A stretch of 64,000 bases of DNA, taken from NCBI RefSeq assembly GCF_018977255.1, contig NW_024704743.1, positions 39,682,001-39,746,000 of the forward strand. Direction: 5' to 3'. The notes under the pieces are model-generated. The model did no database searches. It saw nothing but the letters and a program-made list of their open reading frames with translations, and was not told the origin of the DNA. The stretch's first letter is position 1; every line of letters begins with the position of its first letter. The position numbers and the translations under genes were made by a program. This DNA comes from Callorhinchus milii. Lineage: Eukaryota. Shown here one piece after another: positions 39,232 through 52,312 of this stretch.

Positions 39232-39660
39232 ATTGGGGTATAAAAAGGATATTGCAGTGATTGAGAGGATACAGAGGAGGGCAACCAAAATGATTGAGGG
39301 GATGGAGGGACAGGACTACGAGGAGCAATTAGATAAACTGGATATGTTCACACTGGAGAAGAGAAGGTTGAAGGATGATATGATTACGGTCTTTAAGATT
39401 CTGAAATAAATAAAGAATGTAGACCATGAGAAGTTGTTTTATTTTGTGCTGAACAGTACAACCAGAGGATATGGCCTGTGATTGAAGGGGATTAAATTCA
39501 GAACAAATCTGTGGAAACACTACTTCAGTGAGAGAGTAGTAAATATACAGAACAGGCTCCCTAGGGAGATAGTGGAAGCAGAAAATATAATTTGTTTCAA
39601 GAACAAATTAGATAGATTTCTGCTAGAAAATAAAATCTCAGGATACATTATATAGTTTGG
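39232..39660 (+). mobile_element. CR1 LINE ORF2 C-terminal fragment
   Basis: YKKDI..IERIQRRATKMI.GM...YEE.L..L.MFTLEKRRL..DMITVFKILK. Confidence 0.92.
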
Positions 39661-41529
39661 GACACATCATGCCAAGTGACATTGGTCTGGATAAAGGAAG
39701 CCCTTCGGCAATCTGATCTCAACCCTCTGAACCCAACCTACCATCCCCCATCATTCAATTAGGGTAGTTTTTAAATGAATCCAGTGTCCTGACGTCTGCT
39801 ATCTTTCCTAGCAACCTGTTTTAGTTGTTGAATATCCTCTGTGTAAAGAGAATGAAAGTTGTTGTTGTTAGCCCTGTGGACTTGACAGGTCCGAGAGTCT
39901 TTATCCACTCTTTCCTTTCTATGTTCCTCACTCTTTCCTTTCTATGTTTCCCACTCTTCCTTCCACCACCCAATGGTGATGTGACCATCTTTAGATGGAC
40001 TGTGATGGATTCAGGTGGGGAAGAGGGTTGGTAATACCAATGGACTAATCAATTAATTAAAACATGAATTGAGTATCGTTTTAATAACTGTTAATTCAGA
40101 CGTTACAAGTTACAAGTTTAATCTCTTAAAGAGGCTTTGCATAGGAGGGATGAATAAAAGAGAAAAGATTGCTGGGATAACATTAAAATGGTTTGTGTTG
40201 AACTATAACCCCACCTTCTAATTGCACAATGATTCGTTTGCTGCTGGGTATCAATGTGAAGAAGCAATCCTTCAATTATATTCCTTCTTTTAAATGTATT
40301 GCCTAGTGCCCAGAAATGACAAACACATTGTTAATTTAAGCTTGATGTTTTTCGTGAGTTACATAAGATACCTGGGAGACAGCATGAATCAATGATAAGG
40401 GACGTAAAACCTTAAAAGAGAAAAATATCATTTCTTGCAGTTGTTAAGAAAGGAGTATTTGAATGAAAATGTGCCAAGAAGCTTTAGAGGTCTGATGCTA
40501 TCATTCAATCTTTACGGTTAGTTCAGGCACTTTAAATTATATTCCCCAAGGCAAAGCATCTATAGCCATTGGTTAAATAATCTTTTCTTTTTGTTGTGAT
40601 TGACATCTCTTTGGTTCACTTGCCATCACACAACAATCTCCAAGGTAAAACAATCCACTGCCGTATTCATTTGATACAATGTAGAATAAAGATAAATATT
40701 CAGGAGTTAAAACATTAGATGCGAATTGACCAAAACTAATTTGAAATGTTTTCTCATGGATAGTAAACGAATAGTGTATGTCTTTTTTCCTTTCTGAAAG
40801 CAATATCGTTGAAAAGCACGGATAGCTTTTGAAGATGTTATTTGATCACTATCTTTTGCTTATCCTCCACAGGATTTATTTTTGTAAAAATAAGGGCCCA
40901 CAGATAACATAATAATTGTAGCAGTAATAATAATGCACAATAATAATTCATAACTGTATTTATATAGCTCCCATCTTGAATTGCTTTATAAAACATTATT
41001 GATAAGAAATGAAGTGAATCTTGTCACATAAGTGAATAGCTGATTCAACAATTAGGGAATAAATGTGGCTTGGGAGAAAGACACACATTTAAGTATAGCA
41101 ATGGAGGAAGGTCCCTTTACTTCCACTTGCATCACAGGGCAGATGAAACCTAAATGAACAACACAATCAAAAACGAAACAATGATCTGCAAATAAGCAAT
41201 AAAATTGTATTGGCATGTATAATGCCATTATGTAGGCAAACATAATGTACATCAACAATGACCCGCATGCAACTGAAATTAATATTGAACAATGAATGAT
41301 TTAGACTCTATAACATATGATCTATATGATCCTGACATCTGTATTCAATCTAGCTCTACCTTTTTTGTACCAATGGTGAGCTTGGTTCAAATCCTATCCT
41401 GCATCCACTTTCTGTACTTTGGAAGCAGATCTCTTGCCAGTGAAACGCACTCCACCATTTCATTAGTTTATGGGAAGTCTTTATTGTTTTATATCCTATC
41501 GCCCTAATTTTTCTCAATTTTGTTTAATT

Positions 41530-41931
41530 ATTATTACTTTACACTTGATACAGCACCTTTCACACCAAGAACACATCTCAAAGTGCTTAACAGGAATTTA
41601 TTGTAAAGTGTAGTGATTATGTGATCTGTAGGTAAACATGGCAGTCAATTTGCGCACCCCAATGCTCCACAAACAGCCATGAAGTGAATGACAAATTTTA
41701 TTTGGGGGATCTTGATGAGGAGAAATTCATTTCTCTTTTTGAATAGTGCCATGGGATCTTTAACATCCTGTGGTTGGAACCTTAGCTTTATGTTTCATCC
41801 AAAGTTCAGTACCTCCATCAATGCAGTACACCCTCAGGGTTGCATTGGGGTGTCAATCTAGACAATGTTAAAGTCCCAACATGGGTTTTGTGCCTCTCAC
41901 CTTATGACTCAGAGTGCTACCAACTGAGCCA
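41530..41931 (-). mobile_element. DeuSINE (family B), near full length
   Basis: Reverse strand: 'tggctcagttggtagcactctgagtc...ttaaagatcccatggcactattcaaaaagagaa', then the shared tail. Confidence 0.85.
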
Positions 41932-43380
41932 GGCTAATTTAGGAAAGACTGAAAAAAAAACATGTTCAGAGGCGCAAACAAACACTGAGAAACCTCAGAC
42001 CCTGCTGAGAAACCATTCTGTGCAGAAGCTAATTGACAAAACAATACCATCCATAAATAAACAAGCAGCAGGTCAGACGATTATACACCAGCATCAGTAT
42101 TAATACAATTCAGACTTCCTTTCACGCACCAGAAATTCTACCATATCAGGAACTTTACATATTCCAATTCACTAAAAATCTATTGTAAAACATCTACAAA
42201 ATTGTGCCAACCATGCACAAAACACAGCCACACTTCAATCAATACCTGCTTCACTTTTAATGTTATAGTTATTGGGCATAAAAGATTGCTTCAAGCCAGT
42301 AAAGGAGATTATACTTCAATGACTCCAATAAGGAACTAGTAAAAAATCCTTTATTTTAAGAATTCAGGATCGGAAGGTTGTGGGCTCAAGACCCATGTTC
42401 TTTTTACAATAGCTTCTAAAAACAGCTAAAAAAGGACAGTATTTAGGAATTCATCAAATTCTGCCTAATAATAATCTTTGCAATTGCTAAAGTGCCTTTC
42501 ACTTTAGGAGTGCTTCATATGATATGTTGTGAAGTGGAGTGACTGTGTTTTGTGGGCATACTCTGAAATGCTAATAAAATATTTTATTTTTTTATCCCTG
42601 GATTTGGATTTCTTGCAGTCCCTCTCCTTCTTATTGTCATTGGTAGAAACATAACATAAATAGTTAGCTTTTTGCCATTATTATTGCAAGTACTTGTATC
42701 ATTGCTTCTTTTATCTGATCTGAGGAGAATACTCTGGACCATCATATGAGCCTTGTAAACATCTCATTGTGTTCTTTTCTGCAGCATTTCTCAAGCATCT
42801 GCTTTGTTTCACATCAGTTACATAGCCTTAAGGGATCAATAGCTCATTTCCACCTGGTTAACCTAATGACCTGTTGTTTTACTATACATTTTGTGCAATA
42901 CTTCAAGAGAAAAAACAAAATCAATTCAAGTTGATGAGAATTCAATGGAATTATCATTATATTATCAGCCTAAGTATTGCTTACCAACTCAAAATTCAGC
43001 CAATTTCTGAATCAGCAGTTTTTCCCAGAGTTTCTTCTTTTAAAAGCGTCACAGTCCATAACCCTGCTAACTATCTCTGTATTAAGTATTCCAGTAGATA
43101 TAGCTATTTGCTGCATAAACAATCCAGAATGGAAAGGAACTGGATGTTTACCATTTTAAAATAGTCTGATTTCTTCTAATAAGTCATTCATTCCATGTCT
43201 AGCAGAGGAAATTTAAATTTATAGAAGAAAGTTTAATATTCTGCAACATTATATTTTGAATGCATGCTACCCGATTGATCTTACAGGACTTTTAAACTTG
43301 GTAAAACCAGCTACCCTTGAAAATCTAATGTTGTTTTACAATTGTATTGCTAGGATCTAAAACACATTAGGCCCAACATT

Positions 43381-43635
43381 TCATAGAATCATAGAAATTT
43401 ACAGCACAGAAGAAAGCCATTCAGCCCATCATAGCTGTGCTGGCTCTTTAAGAGCAATGTTTTCAGTTCCATTTACCTCTTCTTTCCCATATCCTGTAGT
43501 TGACTCCTTTTTAAGTATTTATTTAGTTTCCTTTTGAAAACTAACTTGGATTCTTCCTCAATCACAGCTCCTGGCAGGGCATTCTGTATCCTATCTCTTC
43601 TGCGTTTGAAAAAACATCTCCTAACCTCTGCCGTT
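43381..43635 (-). mobile_element. CR1 LINE 3' end
   Basis: (tcatagaa)2 terminus and 'gccattcagcccatc', homologous to 5581-5840. Confidence 0.85.
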
Positions 43636-43769
43636 TCCACCTAGTCTTAGCCTATCAGATTATTTACTTTAATATTTAAGATTGGTCAAATTGTGGAAAA
43701 TTCTTAATTCAGTTTAAATTTGAAAAACAGTTTTCCATGGTTCTTAAAATGAATCTTGGGTAGTCCGTA

Positions 43770-44300
43770 ATGCTGTGGCTTATGGTCCAGGAACTTCTTG
43801 GTTTGAATCCTGATCCATGCTTTACTGGTCACACCTAAGGGTGCTTCAAAGGACTAAAGTGGCCCTGACTTTCATAAAGTTAGAGAAGGGAAAAACAGCC
43901 AGGCTTCCTGTTCTTGGTAACTATTCAATACCCTTTAAATTGTGCTCATGTGCAGAACCCTTTCTGTTTTTCCTTTCTCTGACGTAGCTGGATGAGAAGA
44001 GGTCACGCTTGTCTGTGACAACAACAACAACCTGCACTTGTATAGTACCTTCACACAGGAGAGTGTCTCAGAATGCTGCATAGTGTTGGGGTTGGACATC
44101 GAGCTAGAAAGAGGGGAAGAGGGAATAGTTGAAGAGCTAGGCTTTAAAGTGGATTTTAAGATAGATAAAGAGGGGGCAAGGGAGAGGAATTGAGGTTGAA
44201 AGATGATACCTTATAAAGATGAATAGTTGACTGATACTCAGTGCCAAGCCTCACCCATAAACAATGGACACTTGGGCAGGGCCCAGAAGACAACTAGCAC
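43770..44300 (+). mobile_element. Ancient AmnSINE2-like SINE interrupted by an L2 tail (44017-44200, minus strand)
   Basis: 'ccaggaacttcttggtttgaatcctg' (B box) and 'gaaaaacagccaggcttcctgttc' are shared with 59345-59690. The family name is from recall. Confidence 0.5.
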
Positions 44301-44532
44301 ATATGGAACCACAACACAGCAAGTACAGGCCAGGTCAGAAAAAGAGACATACGCCAATGGGAGAAAATTAGAAAACCAAATTAGAAAACAAAGTTGGACG
44401 CACTACATTTCTAAAAAAAAGTAAAGAATTTGTTTCCAAATTAAGTCTGAAATTTAAGATTTTTCTGGAATTCTGTGCAATCTTACATTTTTCAGACAAA
44501 GTGGCTTCACAGATTAAGACCAGCTGGAATTT

Positions 44533-44770
44533 TAACAACAACAATTTGCACTAATGTAGCACCCCTCATGCAGGTTAGTGTCTCATACCACTTGATAGTG
44601 GCAGAGTACGATATCGAGCTGGGGTAGGGGGAGATGACCGTAAGCACGGTTGAAGAGGAAGGTCTTCAGGAGCAACCTGCAGAAGAGGAAGGAGGGGACA
44701 AGTCGGAGGGATAGAGGAAGACTGATCCAGAGGTTTCGGGCGTAGTGGATGAAATTGCGGCCACCGATGG
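44533..44770 (-). mobile_element. L2 3' end
   Basis: TIGGR.F..YA..LW.SLP.SLRL...LKTFLFNRAY, with an aac-repeat terminus. Confidence 0.85.
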
Positions 44771-45656
44771 TTTGCAATTTATAACAGGAGTCTCAAATAA
44801 TCAGCACATTGCATTTACCTGTGCAAAGTCTGCTTCAGAGGTACATTGTGTCGGAGTAGTGTTCATGCAGGTTAGGGTGACACACTTCTTATTTGAAACT
44901 CCTGTTATGAATATCACATTTTATAACTGATTGATGCCTGCATTTAGTCCTTGAATAATGCACGGACTATTTATACAGCATAATTCACACAGTATAGCAT
45001 CTATCCTCTCAAAATAATATTTAAATACCAACATGCAAACTATAGAAAAATAACTACTGTCTGACCCAACAAAACAGCTGCTCTCATCCAGTGCTAATCA
45101 GTTAGTTTTTATATATCAGTAATAATTCTGTTGACAAACAAATACATTTTGTAGTTTTCAAAATTGGCTTCTTTCTATCATGCAACAGCTGCCCAAATAA
45201 TTTTCTGCATGATTCTCGTGTCTATTTATTTTATAGTATGTGGAATTGATAAGATACACAGTACTGCCTGAACATTTCTTAATTTACAGTATTATTATGT
45301 GAAATAATTAAAAAGTAATCTTATTATGTTAATTACTGGTGAAAAAAATATCCCACTGCACTCTTAAAAAAGACCGAAACATTTTGAATAATCATATGTA
45401 AGTGGAAGATTTTTCACCTGTTTTCATTTATATGTAAATTTTTTGTGAAAATTTAATTCATGTTTCATGACATTCCCATTAAGGAGAACATTGATAAATT
45501 GTACAATATAAATCAGTTGAAGTTCAGTTGCTAAACGTACCCATGTAGAAAGAGCGGAGTGAAGGAGAATTCAATGAAAACATGCATAAAACTGGGGACT
45601 AACACAGACCTTTAGCAAAGCAGCTCATATAAGAGCTTACATGTCAATGGAGTCCT

Positions 45657-45960
45657 GGAGTCCTGTAGCACAGTGATTAGAGCACTCACGTCACGAGCGA
45701 AAGACTTGGTTCGATTCCCGGCAGGGCGAAATCTTGGGCAAATTTCCTTACTCCACACGCCTGATAATAATCCCTCAAGAAAAAAAAATAATACATTGAT
45801 CACTTCAATCCATGACTGTTTGTGGGACACTGCTGTGCGAATTGGCTGCTGCGTTTTGCCTACAAAAAATAGTCAATTTGCTTTACAACATATTCTGTGA
45901 ACCGCTTTGAGACGTCTAGAAGACTTGAAAAGCACTATATCAAATGCAAGGATTAATATT
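45657..45960 (+). mobile_element. SINE family A, short form, intermediate age
   Basis: Head with 'ggttcgattcccggcagggcg' and tail 'gagacgtctagaagacttgaaaagcact'. An 8-bp tandem 'tggagtcc' sits at the 5' end. Confidence 0.9.
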
Positions 45961-46859
45961 TATTTTATTATAATATTTTATATATTTGTGGAAACTGAAA
46001 GATAAAAATCCAGAGAATATCTACAAAACATTCAAGTCCAATGATTAAGCATGATTACACTTTACAGCATTGTTCAAGTTAGTTTCCGATTTTCATTTAC
46101 AGGAATACATGCAATTTTATTACTGAAAATCATGTGCATCATTCCAGGTTGTGCTAATGTGTAGGATAATTCAAGTAACCTTAGTTACAAAAAATTATCC
46201 TGTGTCCTCCCGAAGCTCTGTCTTTTCTAAGATCAACTTCAAGTATCTGATCATGGTATTGTCAGTTTTAATGAATCTGTAAGGACTTCTCTTACACTTT
46301 CAAATTTACTCTTCTTGTCAAAGGGAAATGGACAATTAGTGGTCTATCACCCCTATGATCTCCATCACTACATGTTATTGGGCTTTTGCTTGCCTGTAGT
46401 GTAGGATTGTCACAATTGATCAACATCTGAATTTTCTTCTTCATTTACATCTTCCTTTTCTACTTGCTCTTGCTAAGCAGTTGTGACACCATCTTTTCCT
46501 CCGTTTTGATTATAGAAATACACAGTGTGAAATCAGTTAAAGTACTCCATTACCTTCTGTTCTGTGGCTTTACCAGAATGATCATTCACTATATAAGTTG
46601 ACTTGCTCAAATGAGAACAGATCCCCGCGAATCAACTACTCTCATACATAGAGCAAATCTGAATTCCCTCTGTATAACATAACCATTAAATTCCAGTTTT
46701 GTGTGCTGACTGTTTACTTTACTCTCTCCTATTTTTGCTTGATGAATGCCACTCTTGAATCCAGGCTTTTTCAGGAGTTTTAAAGTTTAGCTGTGTCATA
46801 TTTTAAATGATCTAAGGATTCAAAAGATGTACACATTTCCAATAAATGATGTCGGCCTG

Positions 46860-47365
46860 AGTTGTTTGGTAGCACTCTTGTCTCTGGGACAGAAAGTTGT
46901 TTTTTCAAGACCTATATTCAAGATCATCTGGAGTCCTGGTGGTTAGAGTACTCACCTCGTAAGCAAGAGGAGCTGGGTTCAATTCCAGGGCAGGACAAAA
47001 TGTTGGGCATGCTTCCTCGCCAATGTTCACCTAGAAGCAAGTAGAAACCCAACTGTTAGTCGATTGACAGATCAGATTTCCGGGAGTAATAATTGTTTCA
47101 AAAAATTAAAGTAAAAAAAAAATCACTCACTCCACGACTTGCTGTATGCAATTGACTGCCGTATTTCTCCAACAAAATATACAATCAATTCACTTTACAG
47201 TATATTCTGCCAAGTTCTTTCAGACATCTCGAAGACTTGATAAGACACTATATCAAATGGAAGGATTATTATTATTACATTAGGTCTTGAACCCCCAGTC
47301 CTGAAGAACATCGCAACTCCGTACTCTGGAGCACTGCATTGTCACAGGAGTCATCATTCAAATGT
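46860..47365 (+). mobile_element. SINE family A long form (46931-47277) nested in an older family B DeuSINE
   Basis: Family B head 'ggtagcactcttgtctctg' at 46868 and family B continuation 'gagcactgcattgtc' at 47330 flank a family A copy. Confidence 0.75.
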
Positions 47366-48384
47366 AAAGGGTAGCTCATTTTGAATATACTGGATTTAAT
47401 AATTGAAAATTAGAGGGCAGGAGAGTAAAGGTGGAGAAAGTCATAGAGGCAGGGAGGGGTGAAGGCAAAAAGGAATCTATAGGAGAGAGTGAGGAGCTTG
47501 AAGTCAATTGGCTCAATTGGCTGGGAAATAGGGAGTCAATGGAGCGACTGCTGGTATAATCCACAATTTCACACTGGGCAAAGAATATGTGAATGGAATT
47601 AATAGTCCCTTGTGTAGCGTTTCAATAGCGCAGAACAGCTGTAGTACTCATTTATGCAATGGTTGCTTATTTGCTGTGGGTTAGAGTTCCATGCATCACC
47701 ACTCAATGTGGAAATAAAATTAATCTGATCTATCACAAGGGCACTCTGCTCTGTCAGCCATGTTCTGGTGCTTTGATGTAGGAGATTTGCATCAGCATCT
47801 GATTCAAATCTCCTGTGGATTAATACTGGAAAGATAATTGCATGTTCTCTAGGGACATAAACTGACTATAGGCAGTCCTTCATCTAAAGCCTGAAGGAAA
47901 TTCTGTTCAATTTGAGCTATCCTAATATTCACTGAATACCATGGTGATGAAGCTGAACTATCCTACTTAATGTGGACAGTAAAATTCAGGGCAAAATGCA
48001 CAATTGCTAAATCTAACCATCAAAAACTCTTATCAAAACTAAACTGATACAAATAATGTGAAGAATTTCAAAAAACATTTGTTTCGTGGATTTTTTTTGA
48101 TTGAATAGTTGTACTGATGACCTTTCCAGTAGGTCTGATAAAGAGGGAATGTTATTGACCCCAACACTGTGAAAGATTTAACTGATTTTACACACACACA
48201 CATATATATATATATAACTTCAAATGACCAAGAAATCAGAAAATGCCTGGGCTAATGATTGAAGCTACAGTACACCCCTCACATTGACAGCTCCAGGAAC
48301 TCAGTCAAGTCAATTCCCAATTACGTCGTTGATACTGACTGTTTACTCACTGATACTCCCATGTGGTTATTAGCCACAGATTGG

Positions 48385-48505
48385 TGAGAGTCAAAGCTTT
48401 GGGATCCCAGATTGTATTGCTGGAGTGTAATCAGCTAAAACCCCATAGCTGTCCATTGAGAGCACTGTCTGACAATGTCACTACCTCACTACCTGCTAGG
48501 GCTTT
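48385..48505 (-). repeat. Unclassified repeat X fragment
   Basis: Reverse strand 'aaagccctagcaggtag...tagctgattacactccag...tctgggatcccaaagctttgactct' matches 14117-14255. Confidence 0.6.
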
Positions 48506-51500
48506 CTGTTCCTGATGGGTAACACTGTGCAGCATGAAATGCATTAGGATATTGCAACCATTCTCCTGCCCACAGCTCAGGCACATATCCTTAATCATTG
48601 AGCGATGGTTCCACCAGTTAGAGATGTGGAGCTTGAGCAGCAGCTACTTACCTCTCTGTAAATCAATTAATATGGTATCTAAGCCCTGGACATATATATG
48701 TGTATTCATGAACCCAGACTCCAGGTAATGCCTTACAGCTGTTATCGTTGCAAGCCTCATAGTTTCCTCATCGGATATTTGATGGACATCAGCCTTCAGT
48801 GTGGTGGGAGGACCTTTACAGGACATCTTGTGATGTGTAGTCACCTGGTGCTCTAGAGGTCCAGAAACTAACTACTTAATAATTGCTTAAATTTCTTTGT
48901 TTTAAATAAAAGAGGTTCTGATATTGAGCCATCCTGTATAACAACCTCGGTATATTTTTTAATAAAAAGAGTTTATCCAAATGAACAGGGTAATCAGAGA
49001 ATGATTCACTTGAGACCATTTTTGTGTTCCTTTGATTTTGCCCTGCTATATCTTGGTGGCACAATTATCTATATGCTATTAAAATATCTATTAAAATATA
49101 TTGACTGTTGGATTACTTATTGAAATAACTCATGATTACTGCACTTCAGTGAAATGAAACTATTTTACATGTGCAGAAATTAACAATTTTAAAGATGATG
49201 TATTCACAATAGTTTGCTATTTTGTTTTACAGTTGTTCTCTTTTTGCAATGTTGCTGACATTGTATTTGAAGAATGTGGGTTGTAATTGAAGAGATATTC
49301 TAGTATAACTTTACTTTAGATAAATGATGTGTTCGATAACATGCATCATTCTTGCAAATATATTATAGCACTGGTGGTTCATCATTTAGAAATGTAGTGT
49401 TAACACTATTTATCAATGTAATTGTGAAGGAGATGAAGGCTACTCACAATTATAATCAATTTACCTGATGTTTCTCTGCTCCGGTTCTGAAAACTATAAT
49501 CAGTTAAATATCACTATTATGTTCAAAAACTCCTGAACTTTTCAATAAACAATTCACTGGATCCTTTAAATATTTTGTGTAAGAAAATATAGTGTCATAT
49601 GGAAAAACAAATTTCATTCCCATATCACATTTTAACAATGGGTATCAATTAGATTGTTAGAGGAACAGAGAGGAAAAAGAACAGGAAGGGAGACAATGGT
49701 GAGTTCAGGGGAAGCGAGGAGGAACAAGTGTAAGAAAATAAGTGGGAAGGGAGAGACAGGACAGACAAAAAGCAAAAAGATAAGGGAAATAATCATGAAT
49801 CAATATGATAATAAGAGTCAAGACAGACCTGAAATACAAGAGAGAGTGTAAGTGGTATACACGAGCAAGATACAGAAATATACAGAGATATAGATTGTGA
49901 CTGACTCAGTGTGAAAGAGGTAAAAGTTAAGGTATGAAGGAAGAGACAGATGCAAAAGAGTAAGTGAATGTGAATCAATTTTGCAACAAACAGAGAGATA
50001 AAGACTGACAGAGAAAGATTGATGAGGGAGAGATGGGACAGAGTGAGCGATAATTAAAAGAGAGAAAAAAACAGGTTGCATTTTCACAAAAGCAATTTTT
50101 ACTGTGAATTTTCATCTTTTCAATGTGAAGTGAAAGGGAAACTGTCTGAAGGAAATGATGGATCCTGAATAGAATTCAGACACATATCACCTTCAATGGA
50201 GCTACAAGAATACCAGAGGAATCCTTGGAAGACCGGCAAATAACTAAATGTATTCCACAAACATTAGCAGTCCAGATTCATACTCCCCAGAGAAATAACA
50301 TAATTGGCAACTGCTGAGTCACAGAAAAAATGCTTGGCAAATATGAATACAAGGAAACTATTTTCTAAGGATAGAGAGCATTAATGTTTATAAAATGATC
50401 TGAATTTATTCAAACTTGATGCACTTTTACGATTAATTTGAATTAGATCAATGAATCCAAATTTCTTTTGATTTGGGAAATATACAATTATACAAATAAG
50501 CAGATATTGAGTTACAAGCTGCAGTTCAATCTGGAGTGTTTGCTGACATTTGCCGTATACTGGAACACCATCCTCTGAGGTTATAGATTTTAGCTGTCTA
50601 TAGATTGCATTTTTGTGTGCCATGGTGTCAGAGTGACCTCCATCCTGTGTCTTCATATATTACGAACATCGATGAGGTTCAATAATGCATGAATCATTTA
50701 AGCATTAAAGAAATAACCTTTTAGCAGATTGAAATCTCTTATACAGTCAACCAAGCAATAATTCTCAAAGACTTCATAAATTATTAAGCATTAGCTATAA
50801 CAGACAGATGGATTGTTTTCAACAGACTAATTAATTTGTCCTTCAGATTTATTTATTAGGAGGAAGATTCCACAGTAGAATCAAGTTGCTTCTTAATGCA
50901 TAATTGTGTAATGCAATTGAATTAAACGTAATTGTTCCTCCCAAAACTAACAGATGCTTTTTGTTGGACATAACCAAAAGACACATAGAATTGTACTCTA
51001 TTTTTCTCCTTGAAGTCCAATGGAAAATTTAATGGGGCATGGATTCTGACATCAGACCATACGATATTTGCCCTTGACTTGATCAGGTCAGACAATCAAG
51101 TTTTGAGTTCTCAAAGCATCCCTCTAGTTTAAACAGCTTGCAAATGGCTGTGTTTTACAACATTAACATAAACACCACAAGAAAAAAAATCTAATTTAAC
51201 CTGTTGTCATTTGTGTCCTCTAATTAAAGATGCAACTTACAATGCTATAATTATGCCAACCTTTATATAACCTTTATGTAGTAAAGCCTCACTGCAACCA
51301 TTTCCAACCGTAATAACAATTTGCACTTACACTGTGCCTTTCCCATAGAGAAAATGTTTCAAATCATTTACAAAGACTGATTGGAAGCCCAAAACCTCAA
51401 CTCAAAACTATTAGCATATTTTCATACAACACAGAATTTTATTTTTAAAAAATCCTTGCATTTGATATAGGACCTATCATGTCAGGAGGATTTCTCAAAG

Positions 51501-51604
51501 CTTCACAGACTACTATCCCATGAAGCTACTTTTATGTTAATCTAGTTAGTCTTGGCATCAACCAATCTTCCAGGCAAACTGTTCCAGTCGTTAATTACCC
51601 TTTA

Positions 51605-51988
51605 ATCCACGTCCCCCGCCCCAATCGCCCTACCATCGGTGGTCGGGCCTTCAGCCTCTCAGCCCCTAGGCTCTGGAACTCTATCCCCCAGTGCCTTCGC
51701 CGCTTCCTCCCTCTCCTCCTTCAAGGCCGGTCTCAAAACCTTTCTCTTTGACCGAGCCTTCAGCTCCCCTCTCGACTCTCTTCCCCCTCCTCGCTCCCTC
51801 CATTCCCTCCCCTCACCCTGACCATTTCCCCCCTCCTCTCTCCCCCCCTCCCTCCGCTCCCTCCGTTCCCTCCCCTCACCCTGACCATTTCCCCCCTGCT
51901 CGGGTCATGACCCAACTGTGCAGCGCCTTGGGACGTCCTCCTGACGTGAAAGGCGCTTTATAAATGGAATCTTGTTGTTGTTGTTGTT
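51605..51988 (+). mobile_element. Young L2 3' end
   Basis: TIGGRAFS...LWNS.P...SSFKAGLKTFLFDRAF, CpG-rich, with an intact stem-loop and a (ttg)5 tail. Confidence 0.94.
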
Positions 51989-52180
51989 TAAGTTTAAAAA
52001 AAACTTAAAAGAATCAAATCAAAAAAAGTATTTAACAGTCACACAAATCTGCTCTTGTAAAATTCATGGACATCCAAACCAGCTGAGAGACATTGTTTAT
52101 AATGACAGAATCAGACCCCAGTGAGGCTCTTTAAAAATGCATTGCAAGGCACAACAAAAATGTATCTTGCTTAAAAAATA

Positions 52181-52312
52181 TGTAAGCAGGGTGTGTCCTT
52201 CCAAAGAGAGAGTATGCATTCCATTCTAAACACAGAGACATTTCTGTGTTTGCGTGATATGCATATGTAGAACTTTAGTTTGGATGGCATGGTGATGGAT
52301 TTCCATATGGAT
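52181..52312 (+). repeat. Unclassified repeat X fragment
   Basis: 'gtaagcagggtgtgtccttccaaagagagagtatgcattccattc...gcatggtgatgg' matches 14287-14412. Confidence 0.65.
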
